A DNA stretch of 64,000 bases from contig OZ257142.1 of NCBI GenBank assembly GCA_965279035.1, positions 1,344,001 through 1,408,000 on the forward strand, written 5' to 3'. Source of the stretch: Bacteroidia bacterium. Its GTDB lineage: Bacteria; Bacteroidota; Bacteroidia; M30B66. Position 1 is the first letter of the stretch; the number at the start of each line of letters is the position of its first letter. The translations under genes were made by a program, and so were the position numbers. Positions 59,308-64,000 of the stretch are shown here, piece after piece. The notes beneath the pieces are model-generated. The model was not told the DNA's origin, did not search any database, and worked only from the letters and a program-made list of their open reading frames with translations.

Positions 59308-60852
59308 TTAATAAATCAAAGCTGCATTCACTGCTGCTCCTGCATTCAAATTTCCATACCCATGTCCATTATTAAATGTTGGATAGTTTTGGGATGTGTT
59401 TCTCAAAATAGTAAATACTTGATTCTTTGTCAGACTTGGTCTTGCACTCCATACTAATGCTGCGATTCCAGCCGACATTGCAGTTGCACAAGAACTTCCC
59501 CCAATATATGTTGGTATTGAACTACTTGCAGGAAGTGAAAGGGAATTTCGATCTGTATTACTATTGCGTTCCATGGGAATGGTAAACATAACTTCACTTC
59601 CATCGTGACAAGTTTCACAGGTGTTACCATTTTCTTGAACACCTGTAATAGCAGTACAAGCAGAATAGGCCGCTGGATAAATAACTCCCCACCAACTAGT
59701 CCAACTAAATGAAGTTCCAGCTGCCGCAAAAATCAATTTACCCTGATTGTTAGCGTAATTCACTCCGTCTTGCAAAACACTACTCGAAAATGGAGTTCCG
59801 ATACTCATACTCACAATTTTTACATCTGTTTTATTTCCCATTTTAACTAGTGCATTTTTAACTGCAGTTTTTTCGCTTGAGGCATCCAAAACAACATCAT
59901 CGCATGCTCTTATAAAATGGAGATTTGCTTTATAGGCTACTCCAGTTGTTGCATTTCCATTATTTCTCGGGCCTGTTGCTAATCCACACATACTTGTACC
60001 GTGTGTACAGGATGTAAATGCACTTGTTCCATAAGTATAGTCTGTTGTTATAGTACGCCCAACATTCGAACTTCCATTATTGAATAAAGTACTCAAGTAA
60101 TATTGTGAGGAGCTAATTCCTGCGTCAATTATCCCAATGGTTACACCTTGACCTTGAGCAACATTCCATGCATTGGGTATATTCACATTATTATAATTCC
60201 AAGGTAAACGACATCCAGGTGTTATTGTAGTCCAATCAGCAGTATTGAGCGGAGCTGTTGCAGCACTGCAGCCCGAAGATGAACGTTCTACATTGTCTGG
60301 CCAATAGTCTAAAGGCTCTATATATCGTACATTTTCAAGATTGTAAAGTGCTGTAAATGTATTTTTATCAGTAAGGCGAATAGTTAGAATAGGGAGTGTT
60401 TGATCATCCTCAACTAAGATATCTTCCCATTTGACAGGAATAGAAGCAGATTTATTTAGTTCATTCAGAATGAATTTAATGAGTTCGTCATGCACTTCTT
60501 TCCATTCTTTACTTTGAAGATTGATTTGATGAATGGAATTAGTAATATCGCCAAATCCAGATGGTTTATATCCAATTGCAACTGACTGATCACCATATTG
60601 AGAAGCACTCCAACCGACTTTCAAATCCATTTTATCCCAACGGAAATCATTTTCTTGTTCGAGTGTTTGTAGGACAATCCCATCTAATTTTTCTTTCGAA
60701 TATGCATCACCTTCTGGTGCTTTAACACTTGTCGATTTTTGTTTAAGAATAGGTCCTGAATGAATTTGATTGATCGGTTGATCTTCTTTTCTATCACATG
60801 AACTACTAAGAATAAGAGTGAATAGACTTAAAATGAGCATACTTTTTTTCAT
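59308..60852 (-). CDS. S8 (subtilisin-like) serine peptidase lipoprotein
   Basis: Lipobox LSSSC; IIDAG (Asp), HGTSM (His), GGSSCATA (Ser), GYG C-terminal motif. Confidence 0.88.
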   Translation of the reverse strand: MKKSMLILSLFTLILSSSCDRKEDQPINQIHSGPILKQKSTSVKAPEGDAYSKEKLDGIVLQTLEQENDFRWDKMDLKVGWSASQYGDQSVAIGYKPSGFGDITNSIHQINLQSKEWKEVHDELIKFILNELNKSASIPVKWEDILVEDDQTLPILTIRLTDKNTFTALYNLENVRYIEPLDYWPDNVERSSSGCSAATAPLNTADWTTITPGCRLPWNYNNVNIPNAWNVAQGQGVTIGIIDAGISSSQYYLSTLFNNGSSNVGRTITTDYTYGTSAFTSCTHGTSMCGLATGPRNNGNATTGVAYKANLHFIRACDDVVLDASSEKTAVKNALVKMGNKTDVKIVSMSIGTPFSSSVLQDGVNYANNQGKLIFAAAGTSFSWTSWWGVIYPAAYSACTAITGVQENGNTCETCHDGSEVMFTIPMERNSNTDRNSLSLPASSSIPTYIGGSSCATAMSAGIAALVWSARPSLTKNQVFTILRNTSQNYPTFNNGHGYGNLNAGAAVNAALIY

Positions 60853-61026
60853 ACGATTTTTTTATTGGTGAAAATTTAGAATGTGAAAATAGAAATCTCG
60901 CTTTTTCAAAAATCAATTCAATCCGAACAAACATCAACAAGCCTGTTCATATCCATGTTAATAGGATGTTCATATTAATCAATTTAAACCCATTGAACTA
61001 TTCGAATAGTCTTTTCCTTCAATTGA

Positions 61027-62697
<1,671 letters not shown>

Positions 62698-62769
62698 GAA
62701 TTCATCATTAACTAGAATTTAATCGGAACAAAAGCTTGCTTAGGTTAATATTGTTGTGATATTCAATCT

Positions 62770-63447
62770 ATGAGCATTCTGATTATTGAAGATGAACCCA
62801 AGTTAGCCGATTTTATTCGTCAGGGACTTGAAGAAAATGGATACAAAACGGAAGTGAATTATGAAGGACTTTCTGGTCTTCAAAATGCATTACGATTTGA
62901 TTATGAATTAGTAATTCTCGACGTTATTATCCCTGGTATTAATGGAATAGAAGTTTGTAAGGGTATTCGAAAGGAAAAGCAAAATTTGCCTGTAATTCTT
63001 CTAACAGCCTTAGATACAATAAGTGATAAGCAAAAAGGTTTTGACGCAGGCGCCGATGATTATCTGGTGAAGCCATTTGAGTTTAGAGAATTATTGATGC
63101 GAGTAAAAGCCTTGACACGACGAGTTTCTGTTCAATCAAGCTCTGGGCATTTTTTAAAAGTTCTTGATCTTGAATTGGACTTGGACTTGAAACTAGCTCG
63201 ACGTGGAGGGAAAGAAATTTCCTTAACTGCTAAAGAATATCAATTGCTAGAGTTTTTGATGAGAAACAAAAACCGTGTACTTTCAAGAGCTGAAATCGCT
63301 CAAAAAGTTTGGGAAATCAATTTTGATACAGGAACCAATATTATCGATGTATATATTAACTTTCTACGAAAGAAAATAGATGCTGGTTTTGATCATCGAT
63401 TGATTCAAACGCATATTGGGATGGGTTATATTTTTAAAGACAACTAA
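62770..63447 (+). CDS. OmpR-family response regulator (CusR/ArlR-like)
   Basis: IIEDE, LDV..PG, GADDYLVKPF, LTAKEY.LL, N.IDVYINFLRKKID. Confidence 0.93.
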   Translation: MSILIIEDEPKLADFIRQGLEENGYKTEVNYEGLSGLQNALRFDYELVILDVIIPGINGIEVCKGIRKEKQNLPVILLTALDTISDKQKGFDAGADDYLVKPFEFRELLMRVKALTRRVSVQSSSGHFLKVLDLELDLDLKLARRGGKEISLTAKEYQLLEFLMRNKNRVLSRAEIAQKVWEINFDTGTNIIDVYINFLRKKIDAGFDHRLIQTHIGMGYIFKDN

Positions 63448-64000
63448 ATGAATATTCGGTCGAGGCTTACCCTGCAATTCTTGCTGATAAATGCCTTGAT
63501 TTTAATTATCGTTTCACTGTTTACTTATTATTTATCCTCTGAATATCGAAAGGAAGAATTTTACGAAAGGCTCTCTAAAAAGGCTCAAACAACAGCTCGA
63601 CTTCTCATCGAAATTGATGAAATCGATTTGGAATTGCTCAAAATTATCGACCGTTCGGATTTTGGAACACTTCCCGAAGAAGCCATTTATATTTACGATC
63701 AACAAGGAGAACTAGTTTATCAATCGAATGATGTTTCGACATTTGTTGTTGATACTGGCATGATTGAAAAAGTGAAAAATGGTCAGCATTACTTTGATTA
63801 TAAAAAAGGAATTGAAGTGTATGGATATATTTATTCAGATCCCAATCATCCTTATGTGATTATTGCAGGAGCTCTAGATAAGTTCGGGCTTAGTAAACTC
63901 AGAAACCTAAGAGATATATTGATTTTAGTTGTATTAACTGGGATAGTGATGGTTTCTATTTCCGGTTGGATATTTTCGGGTAAGGCACTCGCTCCAATTT
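63448..64000 (+). CDS. Sensor histidine kinase, N-terminal part (runs off window edge)
   Basis: ATG directly after the regulator stop; MNIRSRLTLQF, TM1, periplasmic region, TM2 ending GWIFSGKALAPI (HAMP start). Confidence 0.85.
   Translation, partial: MNIRSRLTLQFLLINALILIIVSLFTYYLSSEYRKEEFYERLSKKAQTTARLLIEIDEIDLELLKIIDRSDFGTLPEEAIYIYDQQGELVYQSNDVSTFVVDTGMIEKVKNGQHYFDYKKGIEVYGYIYSDPNHPYVIIAGALDKFGLSKLRNLRDILILVVLTGIVMVSISGWIFSGKALAPI

Overview
Bacteroidota chromosomal window, inferred from T9SS cargo and accessory genes and TAnnTTTG -7 promoters. Housekeeping content: a DEAD-box helicase fragment, tRNA-Lys, tRNA-Cys, folB-gltX, RsmF, thrS-infC-rpmI-rplT, GS type III, purM-prfA-pyrF, apaG, Tex, an ABC-F ATPase and an OmpR-type two-component pair. 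Surface proteins: a 2591-aa PKD-repeat T9SS type-B adhesin and two T9SS type-A cargo proteins. An accessory tract of minus-strand genes lies between gltX and rsmF (~18.1-32.1 kb). It holds a HipA-like kinase/HipS-HIRAN module whose kinase is split by an IS4 (a 355-aa gene can be rebuilt exactly), preceded by a decayed restriction-modification relic. It also holds small detox-type genes, a GGR-ferredoxin pair, heptamer repeat arrays (one hit by a second IS4) and two structured intergenic elements. Three complete IS elements with target-site duplications are resolved. The most notable unexplained structures are (i) a four-unit array downstream of tRNA-Cys built from tRNA 3'-end copies, terminators and REP-like palindromes, and (ii) a coupled exported operon of a TPR/MORN-repeat protein, an apparently active transglutaminase-like protein and an apparently inactive paralog. 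All family calls come from motif recognition; no database search was run.
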